64,000 bases of DNA from Pseudomonadota bacterium (GTDB lineage Bacteria; Pseudomonadota; Alphaproteobacteria; Rhodobacterales; Rhodobacteraceae): contig CAUJIP010000026.1 of the NCBI GenBank assembly GCA_963205235.1, forward strand, positions 8,042 to 72,041, in the 5' to 3' direction. Of this stretch, positions 1 through 9,684 are shown piece after piece (within the stretch, counting starts at the first letter, position 1; each line of letters starts with the position of its first letter). The notes beneath the pieces were generated by a model that saw nothing but the letters and a program-made list of their open reading frames with translations, searched no databases and was not told where the DNA came from. A program made the translations under genes and the position numbers.

Positions 1-1
1 C

Positions 2-175
2 GAGGGCGAGATTGCCACTGCCTTTGGTGCATTGGCGGCTGAATATCCTGACCTGTCCATGGGGTCTTATCCGTTCAACCAGCAGGGCGCGCATGGCACC
101 AATCTGGTGATACGGGGGCAGGACCCGGCCCGATTGGACGAGGCGATGCTGCGCCTGACCCGGCTTTTCGGATGA
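2..175 (+). CDS. 3' end of a molybdopterin-binding / CinA-N-terminal-type domain protein (5' end outside window)
   Basis: Frame is open from the window edge and translates to ...EGEIATAFGALAAEYPDLSMGSYPFNQQGAHGTNLVIRGQDPARLDEAMLRLTRLFG*. The TGA at 173-175 overlaps the next ATG (ATGA). Family call is from memory of the C-terminal region only. Confidence 0.45.
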   Translation, partial: EGEIATAFGALAAEYPDLSMGSYPFNQQGAHGTNLVIRGQDPARLDEAMLRLTRLFG

Positions 176-867
176 CGCCGGAAACCCTTGCCCGACTGAT
201 GGAGGCGACCTGGCCCCCCGCGCGGGCCTGGCGCGATGGGGCGTTCACGCTGCGTAACGGGGACGGTGGCGGCAAGCGCGTCTCGGCGGCAAGCTGCGAG
301 GGGGGCTGGACCACGCAGGACTTGGACAGGCTGGAGGCTGCAATGCCCGAGCCGCTTGTCCTGATCCGGGCGGGCGAGGATCAGCTGGATCAAGCGCTTG
401 CCGAACGGGGTTGGCGCGTGGTCGACCCTGTCGTGGCCTACGTCGCGCCGGTGGCGGCCGTGAGTGCCGAATTGCCGCCGCTTACCGCCTTTGCGCATTG
501 GCCACCGCTGCAGATTGTCGCGTCGATCTGGGACGAAGGTGGCATCGGTCCAGCGCGGATCAAGGTGATGGAGCGGGTTGCCGCAGCGAAATGTGCCGTG
601 CTGGCCCGATCCGGCGACCGCCCGGCTGGTGCCGTGTTTGTGGCGCAAAGCGGCGAGCATGCCATGCTTCACGCGCTGGAAGTCCGCCCCGATCTGCGCA
701 GGCAGGGCGCGGGCGAGGCTTTGCTGCGCGCCGCCGCGAATTGGGCCGCAGAGCAAGGCGCGCAATACCTTTCGCTGGTGGTGACAGAGCGGAATGCCGC
801 CGCCCGCGCGCTTTATGATCGCCTTGGAATGCAGGTCGTGGGACGTTATCACTACCGAATGAAATGA
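172..867 (+). CDS. GNAT family N-acetyltransferase
   Basis: 231-aa ORF. The C-terminal part has the acetyl-CoA binding pattern LEVRPDLRRQGAGEALLRAAANWAAEQG...ARALYDRLGM. Confidence 0.8.
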   Translation: MTPETLARLMEATWPPARAWRDGAFTLRNGDGGGKRVSAASCEGGWTTQDLDRLEAAMPEPLVLIRAGEDQLDQALAERGWRVVDPVVAYVAPVAAVSAELPPLTAFAHWPPLQIVASIWDEGGIGPARIKVMERVAAAKCAVLARSGDRPAGAVFVAQSGEHAMLHALEVRPDLRRQGAGEALLRAAANWAAEQGAQYLSLVVTERNAAARALYDRLGMQVVGRYHYRMK

Positions 868-888
868 ACGCGGAAAGCGCCTCGGGCT

Positions 889-1842
889 GTGCGGAACTAC
901 CTTTCCTTGCTGGTCTTCATGGGTTCGATGTCCGCTGCAGGGACCTCGGCGGCGCTGACGCTTGAGTTTTCCGCCGAAGTCCTGCGTGAGGAAGTGCGCA
1001 GCGCAGCCATTGCAGGTTATGCCTTGCCGATCGGGCCCTTCGACGGGCAGACTGTTCCATCCCGGATGGTCGAAGGGTCGCTGGAACAGCGCGCCTTCCA
1101 GCTGGACGCCCCCGGTGTGACGACGCTTGCGATCATGGCGCCGCTGCGCGACCAGATCGTCGCCGCAGGCTTCAGCGTGGTCTTCGAATGCGAGGCGCGC
1201 GCCTGTGGGGGCTTTGACTTCCGCTTTGGCATCGAGGTGATCCCCGAGCCTGACATGCATGTCGATATGAGCGACTATCTGTTCCTGTCCGCCGAGAAGG
1301 ACGGTGAAGTGCTGTCGCTTCTGGTCAGCCGGACCTCGCTTGCCGCTTTTGTTCAGGTGACCAAAGTCACCGACGCGCCGGTGCCCGACAGCCCACCAAA
1401 GGCCATCGTCGATCTGGATGATGAAGAAGCCCCGCGTGAGGTTGTTGCCGAGACGCCGGGCGCCATGGGCATCATGGCGGCGCTGGACGAACAGGGCCGG
1501 GCCGCGCTGGACGATCTGGTCTTTGACACCGGGTCATCCGCGCTGGCTGAAGGGGATTATGCATCCTTGAAGGAAGTGGCCGCATGGCTGGATGCCAACC
1601 CGGAAGGGACCATAGCGCTTGTCGGGCATACCGATGCGTCTGGCAGTCTGGCGGCGAATATCGCCCTGTCCGAACGTCGGGCCGAGGCGGCGGCACAGGC
1701 CTTGATCGATGTCTATGGCGCCGACCAAAGCCGGGTGAGCGCTGAAGGTGTGGGCTTTCTGGCCCCGCGCGCACCCAATGGTACGGAAGAGGGACGGCAG
1801 AAAAACAGGCGGGTCGAAGTCGTGGTGACTTCGACCCGCTAG
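889..1842 (+). CDS. OmpA-family protein (N-terminal domain of unknown function, C-terminal OmpA-like peptidoglycan-binding domain)
   Basis: C-terminus reads GHTDASGSLAANIALSERRAEAAAQALI...GRQKNRRVEVVV, the classic OmpA_C pattern. Hydrophobic N-terminus. GTG start taken from the track is uncertain. Confidence 0.8.
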   Translation: MRNYLSLLVFMGSMSAAGTSAALTLEFSAEVLREEVRSAAIAGYALPIGPFDGQTVPSRMVEGSLEQRAFQLDAPGVTTLAIMAPLRDQIVAAGFSVVFECEARACGGFDFRFGIEVIPEPDMHVDMSDYLFLSAEKDGEVLSLLVSRTSLAAFVQVTKVTDAPVPDSPPKAIVDLDDEEAPREVVAETPGAMGIMAALDEQGRAALDDLVFDTGSSALAEGDYASLKEVAAWLDANPEGTIALVGHTDASGSLAANIALSERRAEAAAQALIDVYGADQSRVSAEGVGFLAPRAPNGTEEGRQKNRRVEVVVTSTR

Positions 1843-1883
1843 GGATCACGAAAGGGAGGAGAGGGATCGACCTCGCCTTCAGA

Positions 1884-2789
1884 TCACCAGTTGTCCGGGC
1901 CTTTTTCCATATAGCGCTTGGCCAGAAAGTCGATGAAGGCGCGCACCTTGGGCTGGGTGAACCGGCCCGGCGGATAGATCGCATAGATGCCAAGGGTTTC
2001 CACAGGCAGACCAGGGATCGCCTCTTCCACCAGACCCTGACGCATGGCGTCGGCGTAAAGGAAGCTGGGCAGATAGGCGATGCCAAGACCCGACACCGCC
2101 GCATTCAGCAGGCTTTGGCCATCGTTCACCGTCAGCCAGCCCACCGAGCGGACCTGCCGCTTTTCGCCCGAAGGCGCGGTGATCTTCCACACGTTGCCAT
2201 TGGCCTGGTTGGAATAATGCAGAAGCTTGTGGTCGTTCAGATCGTCGATCTTCTGGGGCCGTCCGTATTTCTGGAAATAGGACGGAGCCCCGATCATGCG
2301 CTTGGTCGTTTCGGTCAGCTTGCGCGCGCGCAGCGAGCTGTCTTCAAGTTCCCCAACCCGGATAGCCATATCAAAGCCTTCGCTGATCAACTCGACATAG
2401 CGGTTGTTCAGCACCATGTTCACCGTGATTTCCGGGTATTCCAGCAGGAAATCGCCCAGAATTGGCGACAGAAGGTTCACCCCGAAATCCGTCGCCACCG
2501 ACACGCGCAGAAGGCCCGAAGGGGCCGATTGCATCGAAGTCACCAGTGCATCCGCCTCGCCCGCGTCGTTCAGGACGCGACGGGCGCGGTCGTAATAGGC
2601 AAGGCCGATCTCGGTCGGGCTGACCCTGCGGGTGGTGCGGTTCAGAAGGCGCGCACCAAGCCGGGCCTCCAGTGCCGAAACGTGCTTTGAGACTGCGGAT
2701 TTCGAAATCCCCATCTTCTTTGCCGCATCGGTAAAGCCGCCCTGGTCTACGACGGTGGCAAAAGCCTCCATCTCGGTCAGTCGATCCAT
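1884..2789 (-). CDS. LysR family transcriptional regulator
   Basis: N-terminal HTH MDRLTEMEAFATVVDQGGFTDAAKKMGISKSAVSKHVSALEARLGARLLNRTTR, followed by a LysR substrate-binding domain. 301 aa. Confidence 0.9.
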   Translation of the reverse strand: MDRLTEMEAFATVVDQGGFTDAAKKMGISKSAVSKHVSALEARLGARLLNRTTRRVSPTEIGLAYYDRARRVLNDAGEADALVTSMQSAPSGLLRVSVATDFGVNLLSPILGDFLLEYPEITVNMVLNNRYVELISEGFDMAIRVGELEDSSLRARKLTETTKRMIGAPSYFQKYGRPQKIDDLNDHKLLHYSNQANGNVWKITAPSGEKRQVRSVGWLTVNDGQSLLNAAVSGLGIAYLPSFLYADAMRQGLVEEAIPGLPVETLGIYAIYPPGRFTQPKVRAFIDFLAKRYMEKGPDNW

Positions 2790-2965
2790 TTTGTCCTCGT
2801 TGGAACATTCACGCCTAATTGACGATCACCATAGACGGCGAATTCGGGCAGGATGGGGGCGAATGCGCGTCCTATCCGGGGTATTGTCGGGGATCGTTCA
2901 TGGCATAGAAACGCCAGCTTTGGCTTTTTCCGGCCAGAACCTGCTTGGAAAACGTCGCTATAAAC

Positions 2966-4990
2966 CTAAAGTTGCGCAGCCAGCCGTGCGCCCTGATCTA
3001 TGGCGCGCTTTGCGTCAAGTTCCCGCGCGACATCCGCACCGCCAATGAGGTGATGGGCGATGCCAAGCTGGTTCAGCGCAACAGAAAGACGGCGGTCGGG
3101 GTCCTGACCGGCGCAGATAACAACGCCATCGACAGGCAGCAGGCCGGGGTTTTCGCGGTTCGGGCCGTGGCTTAGAATGATGCCTTCAGCGGTGATCCGT
3201 TCATAGGTCACGCCACCCAGCATCCGCACCGACTTCATCGCCAGATTGGCGCGGTGAATCCAGCCGGTGGTCTTGCCCAGATGCCGCCCCGGCTTTTCGG
3301 CCTTGCGCTGCAGAAGATGCACCTCGCGGGCCGGGGGATGCGGGGTCGGACCATTGGGCGCAAGGCCGCCACGAGCAGCCCAAGGCGCGCTGACGCCCCA
3401 TTCGGCGCGCCAGAGGGCTGCGTCCAATGCGGGGCTTTGGCCGCGATGCACCAGCGCCTCGGCCACGTCGAAACCGATGCCGCCTGCCCCGATGACCGCG
3501 ACGCGACGCCCCGGATCGGCACCGTTCAGGATGTCGGCATAGCTGAAGACGCGGGCCCCCGGATCGGTGGGGATCTGCGGATCGCGCGGGATAACGCCGG
3601 TCGCGAGGATGACTTCGTCGAAGCCGGTCACGTCATTGGGCCGGGCCTCTTGCCCCAATCGAAGCGTGACGCCGGACTTGCGCAGCATGGTGTCGAACCA
3701 GGCGACAAGTCCGTGGAATTCCTCTTTCCCCGGCACCCGCTTTGCCAGATTCAACTGCCCCCCGACCTGATCCGCCCGGTCGAACAGCACCACCTGATTA
3801 CCGCGTTCCGCCGCCACAATCGCCGCCGTCATCCCGGCCGGCCCTGCCCCCACGACCGCCACGCGCTTGGGGTTCAAGGTCGGGGCAAAGGTCAGCACCG
3901 TCTCATGGCAGGCGCGGGGGTTTACGATGCAGGATGACAGTTTGCCCGAGAATGTGTGGTCAAGGCAGGCCTGATTGCAGGCGATGCAGGGGGCGATTTC
4001 GGCGGACCTGCCGCTTGCAGCCTTGGCGATGAAATCGGGATCCGCCAACCAAGGACGCGCCATTGACACCATGTCAGCGGCCCCTTCGGCCAACAGGCGT
4101 TCCGCCACATCCGGCGCGTTGATCCGGTTCGAGGTGATGACCGGGATCGACACTTCGGGCCGAAGCCGCGCGGTCAGGTCAGCGAATGCGGCACGGGGGA
4201 CCGAGGTGGCAATCGTGGGCACCCGCGCCTCGTGCCAGCCGATGCCGGTGTTCAGGCATGAGGCCCCCGCCGCCTCGATAGCTTTTGCAAGCTGGATCAC
4301 CTCGTCCCAACTGGACCCGTCCGGCACGAGGTCGATCAGCGAAATCCGGTAGATCAGGATTGCCTTCGGGCCAATCGCGGCGCGGACACGGCGGACCACC
4401 TCGACCGGCAGACACATCCGGTTTTCATAAGGCCCGCCCCAGCGGTCGGTGCGGCGGTTGGTGTGGGTGACAAGGAACTGGTTCAGGAAATAGCCTTCCG
4501 ACCCCATCACCTCGACCCCGTCATAGCCCGCCTGAATGGCGCGGGTGGCGGCGGTGACGATGTCGGTGATCTGCTTTTCGATCCCGTCCTCGTCCAGCGC
4601 CTGCGGCGGAAAGGGCGAGATTGGCGATTTGACCGGCGACGGCGCGACACAGTCCTTGCCAAAGGCATAGCGGCCCGCATGCAGGATCTGCATCGCGATA
4701 TGGCCGCCCTCGGCATGGACGGCTTGGGTCACGCGGGCGTGGTTGGCGATGTCCTGATCGGTGAACAGACCTGCAGCGCCGGGGAACACCCCGCCTTCGC
4801 GGTTCGGGGCCATGCCGCCCGTCACGATCAGCCCCGCCCCACCCCGCGCGCGGGCGGCGTAGAAAGCGGTCACACGGGTCCAGTCGCCGGTTTCCTCCAG
4901 CCCGGTATGCATCGACCCCATCAGGGCGCGGTTGCGAAGGGTGACGCCTGACAGGGTGATCGGGGCCAGAAGATGCGGATAGGGGGACAT
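2966..4990 (-). CDS. fadH: NADPH-dependent 2,4-dienoyl-CoA reductase
   Basis: 674 aa. Contains an OYE-like N-terminal TIM barrel (LRNRALMGSMHTGLEE, HAGRY), a Cys cluster CIACNQACLD and a C-terminal Rossmann motif VAVVGAGPAGM. This is FadH architecture. Confidence 0.85.
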   Translation of the reverse strand: MSPYPHLLAPITLSGVTLRNRALMGSMHTGLEETGDWTRVTAFYAARARGGAGLIVTGGMAPNREGGVFPGAAGLFTDQDIANHARVTQAVHAEGGHIAMQILHAGRYAFGKDCVAPSPVKSPISPFPPQALDEDGIEKQITDIVTAATRAIQAGYDGVEVMGSEGYFLNQFLVTHTNRRTDRWGGPYENRMCLPVEVVRRVRAAIGPKAILIYRISLIDLVPDGSSWDEVIQLAKAIEAAGASCLNTGIGWHEARVPTIATSVPRAAFADLTARLRPEVSIPVITSNRINAPDVAERLLAEGAADMVSMARPWLADPDFIAKAASGRSAEIAPCIACNQACLDHTFSGKLSSCIVNPRACHETVLTFAPTLNPKRVAVVGAGPAGMTAAIVAAERGNQVVLFDRADQVGGQLNLAKRVPGKEEFHGLVAWFDTMLRKSGVTLRLGQEARPNDVTGFDEVILATGVIPRDPQIPTDPGARVFSYADILNGADPGRRVAVIGAGGIGFDVAEALVHRGQSPALDAALWRAEWGVSAPWAARGGLAPNGPTPHPPAREVHLLQRKAEKPGRHLGKTTGWIHRANLAMKSVRMLGGVTYERITAEGIILSHGPNRENPGLLPVDGVVICAGQDPDRRLSVALNQLGIAHHLIGGADVARELDAKRAIDQGARLAAQL

Positions 4991-5068
4991 GAAACCTCGC
5001 GCGCTTTGGGGGCAGAATGCCCGGTGCCACAGGGACTGTCACCCGCGACGCGGCGTCATTGGGGGTTG

Positions 5069-5725
5069 TCAGAGACCCAGAAGTCCGGGCAGGTCATCCA
5101 TTGTACGGAACAACGGCACGCCCAAAGCCGCCATGTGCCGGGCGGGCGGGGTGTCCGGGCCGTGACCGGCATAGCCAAGGCAACGCATGCCCGCCGCCAG
5201 TGCAGCCGAAGCCCCGGTCGCGCTGTCCTCGATCACCACGCAATCGGCGGGATCAGCGCCGCAGGCCTTTGCCGCTGCAAGATAGACGTCTGGCTCGGGT
5301 TTCGGCTTGCCCAAGGCCTGCCCCGACAGCACCGCCCTGAATCGCGGGATCAGCCCATGCTGGCCCAGCGAGATCTGCATCTTCTGAAGCGAGCCATTTG
5401 ATCCGACGGCAAAGGGAATGCCCGCACGGTCCAGCCGGTCGAAGACGGGAAGGATGCCGGGAACAAGGGGCGTGCCCTTTTCCAGCATCGCGTACATCCG
5501 GGCATAGAAATCCTGCACCCAAGTCTCGGGCAGCCGCGCCCTTGCCGCCCGCGCCCGCACCGCGACCGTTTCGATGGTGCCGCCGATGAAGTCGGTCTCA
5601 AGCTGCTGCAGGGTCAGGGGCAGTCCGTGTGACGCAAGGTCGTCGATCAGAAGGGCAAAGGTCGGGCCCTCGCTATCGACGATCACCCCGTCGCAGTCGA
5701 ACAGAACGGCGGCGGGGCGGGTCAC
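5069..5725 (-). CDS. HAD family hydrolase (phosphatase-type)
   Basis: Motif I AVLFDCDGVIVDS, and a late motif VVIEDSATGASAALAAG. 218 aa. Confidence 0.8.
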   Translation of the reverse strand: MTRPAAVLFDCDGVIVDSEGPTFALLIDDLASHGLPLTLQQLETDFIGGTIETVAVRARAARARLPETWVQDFYARMYAMLEKGTPLVPGILPVFDRLDRAGIPFAVGSNGSLQKMQISLGQHGLIPRFRAVLSGQALGKPKPEPDVYLAAAKACGADPADCVVIEDSATGASAALAAGMRCLGYAGHGPDTPPARHMAALGVPLFRTMDDLPGLLGL

Positions 5726-6282
5726 TCGGGCGCTTTCAGCAAGGTCACGATGGTGTCTCCGTAGGTGCGCTGGTCGACCTGCGCGAACCCATTTGGCACT
5801 TGGGGGGCGGTGTTCTCTTCCCAGACCACCATCGCGCCCGGTGCCAGCCAGCCGCCGGCAAACGCCGAGGCCAAGGCGGCCTCTCCCATCGCCTTGCCAT
5901 AGGGCGGGTCAAGGAAGATCAGCGTGAAGGGCGCTTGCGCGTTCAGGCCAAGGCGGGTGGCGTTCTGGCGGAGCAGGCGGGTGTCGCCTTCGGCTTTCAT
6001 CTTGGCGATGTTGGCGCGGATCAACGTGGCGGCCTTGGCACCGTCATCGATAAAGGTCACCTCTGCCGCCCCCCGGCTGAGCGCCTCCAGCCCCAGCGCC
6101 CCAGTTCCGGCGAACAGGTCCAGTACGCGGGCACCGGTGACCGGGTTGCCGTGAGCGTTGATCAGAAGATTGAAGATCGCCTCCCGCACCCGATCCGAGG
6201 TGGGGCGCAGATGGGCGGCCATGTCGCCCTCGCCCACATCGGCAAGGCGAAGGCCCCGGCGGTTGCCGCCGATGATCCTCAT
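5722..6282 (-). CDS. rsmD: 16S rRNA (guanine966-N2)-methyltransferase
   Basis: MRIIGGNRRG..., LDLFAGTGALGLEALSRGA and FLDPPYG motifs. 186 aa. 4-nt overlaps with both neighbouring genes. Confidence 0.85.
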   Translation of the reverse strand: MRIIGGNRRGLRLADVGEGDMAAHLRPTSDRVREAIFNLLINAHGNPVTGARVLDLFAGTGALGLEALSRGAAEVTFIDDGAKAATLIRANIAKMKAEGDTRLLRQNATRLGLNAQAPFTLIFLDPPYGKAMGEAALASAFAGGWLAPGAMVVWEENTAPQVPNGFAQVDQRTYGDTIVTLLKAPE

Positions 6283-7481
6283 CCCTTCAGAAGCGTCTTC
6301 AGGTCGGGAGTTCCGGTGATGACGTCCGGCGAAGGGCTTTTGCCGCCTTCGATCAGGCGTTTGCCGACCATATAGGCGCGGGGGTCGTTCATCGCGTCGA
6401 CCGCCAGAAGCTTATCACCCGCATAATACCAGAAGCTGACCGCCTCACCTTCGCCCTGACGGGTGACGATGTGGTCATAGCCGGTGTTCAGGCCCGCGAT
6501 CTGCAGTTTCAGGTCGAACTGATCTGACCAGAACCACGGCTTCGCCACATAAGGCGTGTTTGCGCCCAGCATGTTCGCCGCGACGACTTCGGCCTGGTCG
6601 ATGGCATTTCCGACCGATTCCAGCCGAATCCGCCCGCCGTTCCGGGGGAACGAGGCGCAGTCGCCCGCCGACCAGATCGACGAGTCAGAAGTGCGGCCCA
6701 TCTCGTCGGTGGAAATGCCGTTGTCGATGGTCAGACCCGCCGCTTCGGCCAGATGGGTGTTCGGCGTGATCCCGACCCCGACGATGACGAAATCGGCTGG
6801 CAACTGACGACCGTCCTTCAGCAGCGCGCCGGTGACACGGTCAGTGCCGACAAGGCGGTCAAGCCCCGTCTCCTCAAGGATCGTCACGCCATGCGACTGG
6901 TGCAGGGCCCGGACGTGGTTGGAGGTTTCGGGACTGGCCACCCGCTGCAGAATCCGCGGAGCCATTTCCAGAACCGTCACGTCAAGCCCAAGCTTGGAGG
7001 CCACCGCCGCCGCCTCAAGCCCGATATAGCCGCCGCCCACGATGATCGCGCGGCGACCGGGCTGGAATTCGCCCCGCATCGCATCGACATCGGCCAGGGA
7101 ACGGACGGTATAGACCCCCGCCAGTTCGCCACCGATAGCCGCAGGCAGGCGGCGGGGGGTCGACCCCGTGGTCAGGGCAAGGTGGTCATAGTCCAGCGCC
7201 TCGCCGCCGACGGTGATGGTCTTGGCCACCGGGTCGATGGCATTTACCGATTGGCCAAGGCGCAGGTCGATCTTGTTCTCGGCCCAGAATTCGGGCGTGC
7301 GCAGCCACAGCCGGTCTTCGCCGATTTCGCCCAGAAGATAAGCCTTCGATAGCGGCGGGCGCTGATAGGGGGCGCTGGGTTCATCGCCCAGCATCACGAT
7401 TTCACCCTGATGCCCAAGGGCGCGCAGCTTGGCTGCCAGCGCTGCCCCGGCCTGACCGGCCCCGACGATGACGACGCGCAT
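6279..7481 (-). CDS. NAD(P)/FAD-dependent ferredoxin/rubredoxin-reductase-type oxidoreductase
   Basis: Start trimmed to the internal Met MRVVIVGAGQAGAALAAKL. Second Rossmann motif is AIIVGGGYIGLEAA. The C-terminal reductase dimerisation region is present. Confidence 0.8.
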   Translation of the reverse strand: MRVVIVGAGQAGAALAAKLRALGHQGEIVMLGDEPSAPYQRPPLSKAYLLGEIGEDRLWLRTPEFWAENKIDLRLGQSVNAIDPVAKTITVGGEALDYDHLALTTGSTPRRLPAAIGGELAGVYTVRSLADVDAMRGEFQPGRRAIIVGGGYIGLEAAAVASKLGLDVTVLEMAPRILQRVASPETSNHVRALHQSHGVTILEETGLDRLVGTDRVTGALLKDGRQLPADFVIVGVGITPNTHLAEAAGLTIDNGISTDEMGRTSDSSIWSAGDCASFPRNGGRIRLESVGNAIDQAEVVAANMLGANTPYVAKPWFWSDQFDLKLQIAGLNTGYDHIVTRQGEGEAVSFWYYAGDKLLAVDAMNDPRAYMVGKRLIEGGKSPSPDVITGTPDLKTLLKG

Positions 7482-7570
7482 GGAAAACTCCCTCTGGCAA
7501 GTTTCGGGTCGGACCCTATATGCCAAGGCGGCAAGGCGCAACGCGGCCCCCCAACCAGAGGATACAGAAA

Positions 7571-8056
7571 ATGACGATTACTATCGGAGACAAACTGCCC
7601 GAGGCCACGCTTCTGCACATGGGCGCGAACGGGGCCGAGGCGGTGAAGCTTTCCGACAAGCTCAAGGGCCGCAAAGTTGTGATCTTCGGTCTGCCGGGGG
7701 CCTATACCGGCACCTGCTCGACCGCGCATGTGCCAAGCTTCATCCGCACGGCGGGCAAGTTTGCCGAAAAGGGTGTGGACGAAATCATCTGTGTCGCGGT
7801 GAACGACCCCTTCGTGATGAAGGCCTGGGGCGAAGCGACGGGCGCCACTGCCGCCGGGATCACGATGCTGGGCGACGCGGATGCAAGCTATTCAAAGGCC
7901 GTTGGCCAGACCTTTGACGTGCCGCATCTGGGCTTCTTCGCACGGTCCAAGCGCTATTCGATGATGGTGGAAGATGGCGTTGTGACCCGCTTCAACCCGG
8001 AAACCTCGTCCGGTTGCGAAATCTCGGCGGGCGAGCATCTGCTGGCGCAGCTTTAA
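7571..8056 (+). CDS. Prx5-type peroxiredoxin
   Basis: Start trimmed to MTITIGDKLPEA. Peroxidatic Cys motif is FGLPGAYTGTCS. 161 aa. Confidence 0.85.
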   Translation: MTITIGDKLPEATLLHMGANGAEAVKLSDKLKGRKVVIFGLPGAYTGTCSTAHVPSFIRTAGKFAEKGVDEIICVAVNDPFVMKAWGEATGATAAGITMLGDADASYSKAVGQTFDVPHLGFFARSKRYSMMVEDGVVTRFNPETSSGCEISAGEHLLAQL

Positions 8057-8069
8057 GCCTCGACGGGTT

Positions 8070-8131
8070 GCTCGTCGATGACTTCGTCACTCCTCGCGGG
8101 TCACCCGACGAGGAGACGAAGTCGAACGAGG
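8070..8131. terminator. Long imperfect hairpin in the convergent peroxiredoxin / PCD gap (candidate bidirectional terminator or REP-like element)
   Basis: cttcgtc(ac)tcctcg at 8081-8095 pairs with cgaggagacgaag at 8108-8120. That gives 13 bp with a 2-nt bulge and a 12-nt loop. The flanks extend the pairing imperfectly. Confidence 0.45.
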
Positions 8132-8144
8132 AGGCAGCCCGAAG

Positions 8145-8510
8145 TCAGCCCTTCCTCGCGTTGATCTCGCACAGGCAGGTCACCGGTTCACCGTGGTTCC
8201 GTTGAATCTCGGTGTCCGGGGCCAGCCTGTCCATCGCGCGGGCAAGGTCGATGTCCAACTGCGTCAGGCCCTTGGTCGAATGCGTGGTCAGCGTCACGTC
8301 GACGGTGTTGAACTTGTTCGTCCATTCGGGGTGATGGTTCAGCTTGTCGGCCACCAGTGCCGCGCGGGACATGAAGCCCCAGGCTTCGGAGAACGTCTTG
8401 AATTTCCAGATCTTGCGGATGGCGTCCTGACCGGGCACCGCTGCCCATCCCGTTTCGGCCAGGGGGGCGAGCGCGGCAGGTCGGTCTTCGGCGGGCAAAA
8501 GCGGTGTCAT
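8145..8510 (-). CDS. phhB: 4a-hydroxytetrahydrobiopterin (pterin-4a-carbinolamine) dehydratase
   Basis: Core reads FKTFSEAWGFMSRAALVADKLNHHPEWTNKFNTVDVTLTTHS. 121 aa, including a roughly 25-aa C-terminal tail. Confidence 0.8.
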   Translation of the reverse strand: MTPLLPAEDRPAALAPLAETGWAAVPGQDAIRKIWKFKTFSEAWGFMSRAALVADKLNHHPEWTNKFNTVDVTLTTHSTKGLTQLDIDLARAMDRLAPDTEIQRNHGEPVTCLCEINARKG

Positions 8511-9676
8511 TCAGGCTCTCCTTGGCTTGGCGCGCCCCGGCGGAAGGGGCCATAGGCGGTCAGGACTTCGATCTCTTCCCCCACCGCGCGGCGTTCTGCC
8601 TCAAGATAGCGCGCGACGGCGGCACGGAAAGACGGGTCGGCGATCCAGTGCAGCGAATGGGTTTCCACCGGCAGATAACCACGCGCCAGCTTGTGTTCAC
8701 CCTGCGCCCCGGCCTCGACCCGGTTCAGCCCTTGGGCGATGGCCCAGTCGATGGCCTGATAATAGCACAGTTCGAAATGCAGGCAGGGATGATCTTCGAT
8801 GCAGCCCCAAGAGCGCCCGTAAAGCGTGTCGCGCCCGATGAAGTTCAGGGCCCCCGCCACCGGTCGCGCGCCGTTGAAGGCAAGGACCAACAGCATGTCG
8901 TTCCGCATGCTGTCGTGCAGCCGGTCAAAGGCCGCCCGCGTCAGGTAGGGTGTACCCCATTTCCGGCTGCCGGTATCCTGATAGAACTGCCAGAACGCCT
9001 CCCAATGCCGGGGTTCGATTTCGTCCCCGGTCAGCGCGTGGATCGTCAGCCCGGACGCACGCGCCGTCTCGCGTTCCTTGCGGATCATCTTGCGCTTGCG
9101 GCTGGCAAGGTCGGCGAGGAAATCGTCAAAGTTGCCGTAACCCCGGTTTTCCCAGTGAAACTGCTGGGTGACGCGGTGCAGCGTCCCGTCCACCCCGGCA
9201 AGCGCCAGCGCCTCTTCTACCGTGCAGAAAGTGGCGTGGAGGGAGGAAAGCTTGTTTTGCGCGGTCACCGCAATAGCGGCCCGCCAAAGTGTTTCGCTGT
9301 GTTCGGGCGGACCAAGAAACCGCCGACCGGTTGCTGGGGTAAAGGGAACCGCTATCTGAAGCTTGGGGTAATAGCGCCCGCCTGCCCGCTCATAGGCATC
9401 GGCCCAGCCGTGGTCGAAGATGTATTCGCCCTGGCTGTTGGTCTTCACATAGAGGGGCGTCGCGGCAAGGATCTGGCCAGACTCCTCAATCACCAAGGGA
9501 CGCGCCTGCCAGCCGCTGCGCCCGCCGGTCGACCCCGAAGCCTCCAGCGCCGCAAGGAAACGGTGGGTCGTAAAGGGGTCGATTGGTCGCCCGCTTGCCT
9601 GTTCGGGCGCGGCAAGACGGTCCCAGTCCTGGGCCGAAACCGCCGTGAACCCGTCCAGAAGCAAGGCACCGGGCAT
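8507..9676 (-). CDS. FemAB-like / GNAT-fold protein (DUF482 family), function unknown
   Basis: Start trimmed to MPGALLLDGF. Conserved blocks are DPFTTHRFLAALEASGS, YYPKLQIAVPFTPATGRRFL and HFELCYYQAIDWAIAQGLNRVEAGAQGEHKLARGY. Family name is from memory. Confidence 0.7.
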   Translation of the reverse strand: MPGALLLDGFTAVSAQDWDRLAAPEQASGRPIDPFTTHRFLAALEASGSTGGRSGWQARPLVIEESGQILAATPLYVKTNSQGEYIFDHGWADAYERAGGRYYPKLQIAVPFTPATGRRFLGPPEHSETLWRAAIAVTAQNKLSSLHATFCTVEEALALAGVDGTLHRVTQQFHWENRGYGNFDDFLADLASRKRKMIRKERETARASGLTIHALTGDEIEPRHWEAFWQFYQDTGSRKWGTPYLTRAAFDRLHDSMRNDMLLVLAFNGARPVAGALNFIGRDTLYGRSWGCIEDHPCLHFELCYYQAIDWAIAQGLNRVEAGAQGEHKLARGYLPVETHSLHWIADPSFRAAVARYLEAERRAVGEEIEVLTAYGPFRRGAPSQGEPE

Positions 9677-9684
9677 CGCCTGAC

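Noticed and set aside
67-1260. 397-aa minus-strand ORF
   Set aside because: Antisense to the GNAT and OmpA-family genes. Arg/His/Gly-rich with no domain signature.
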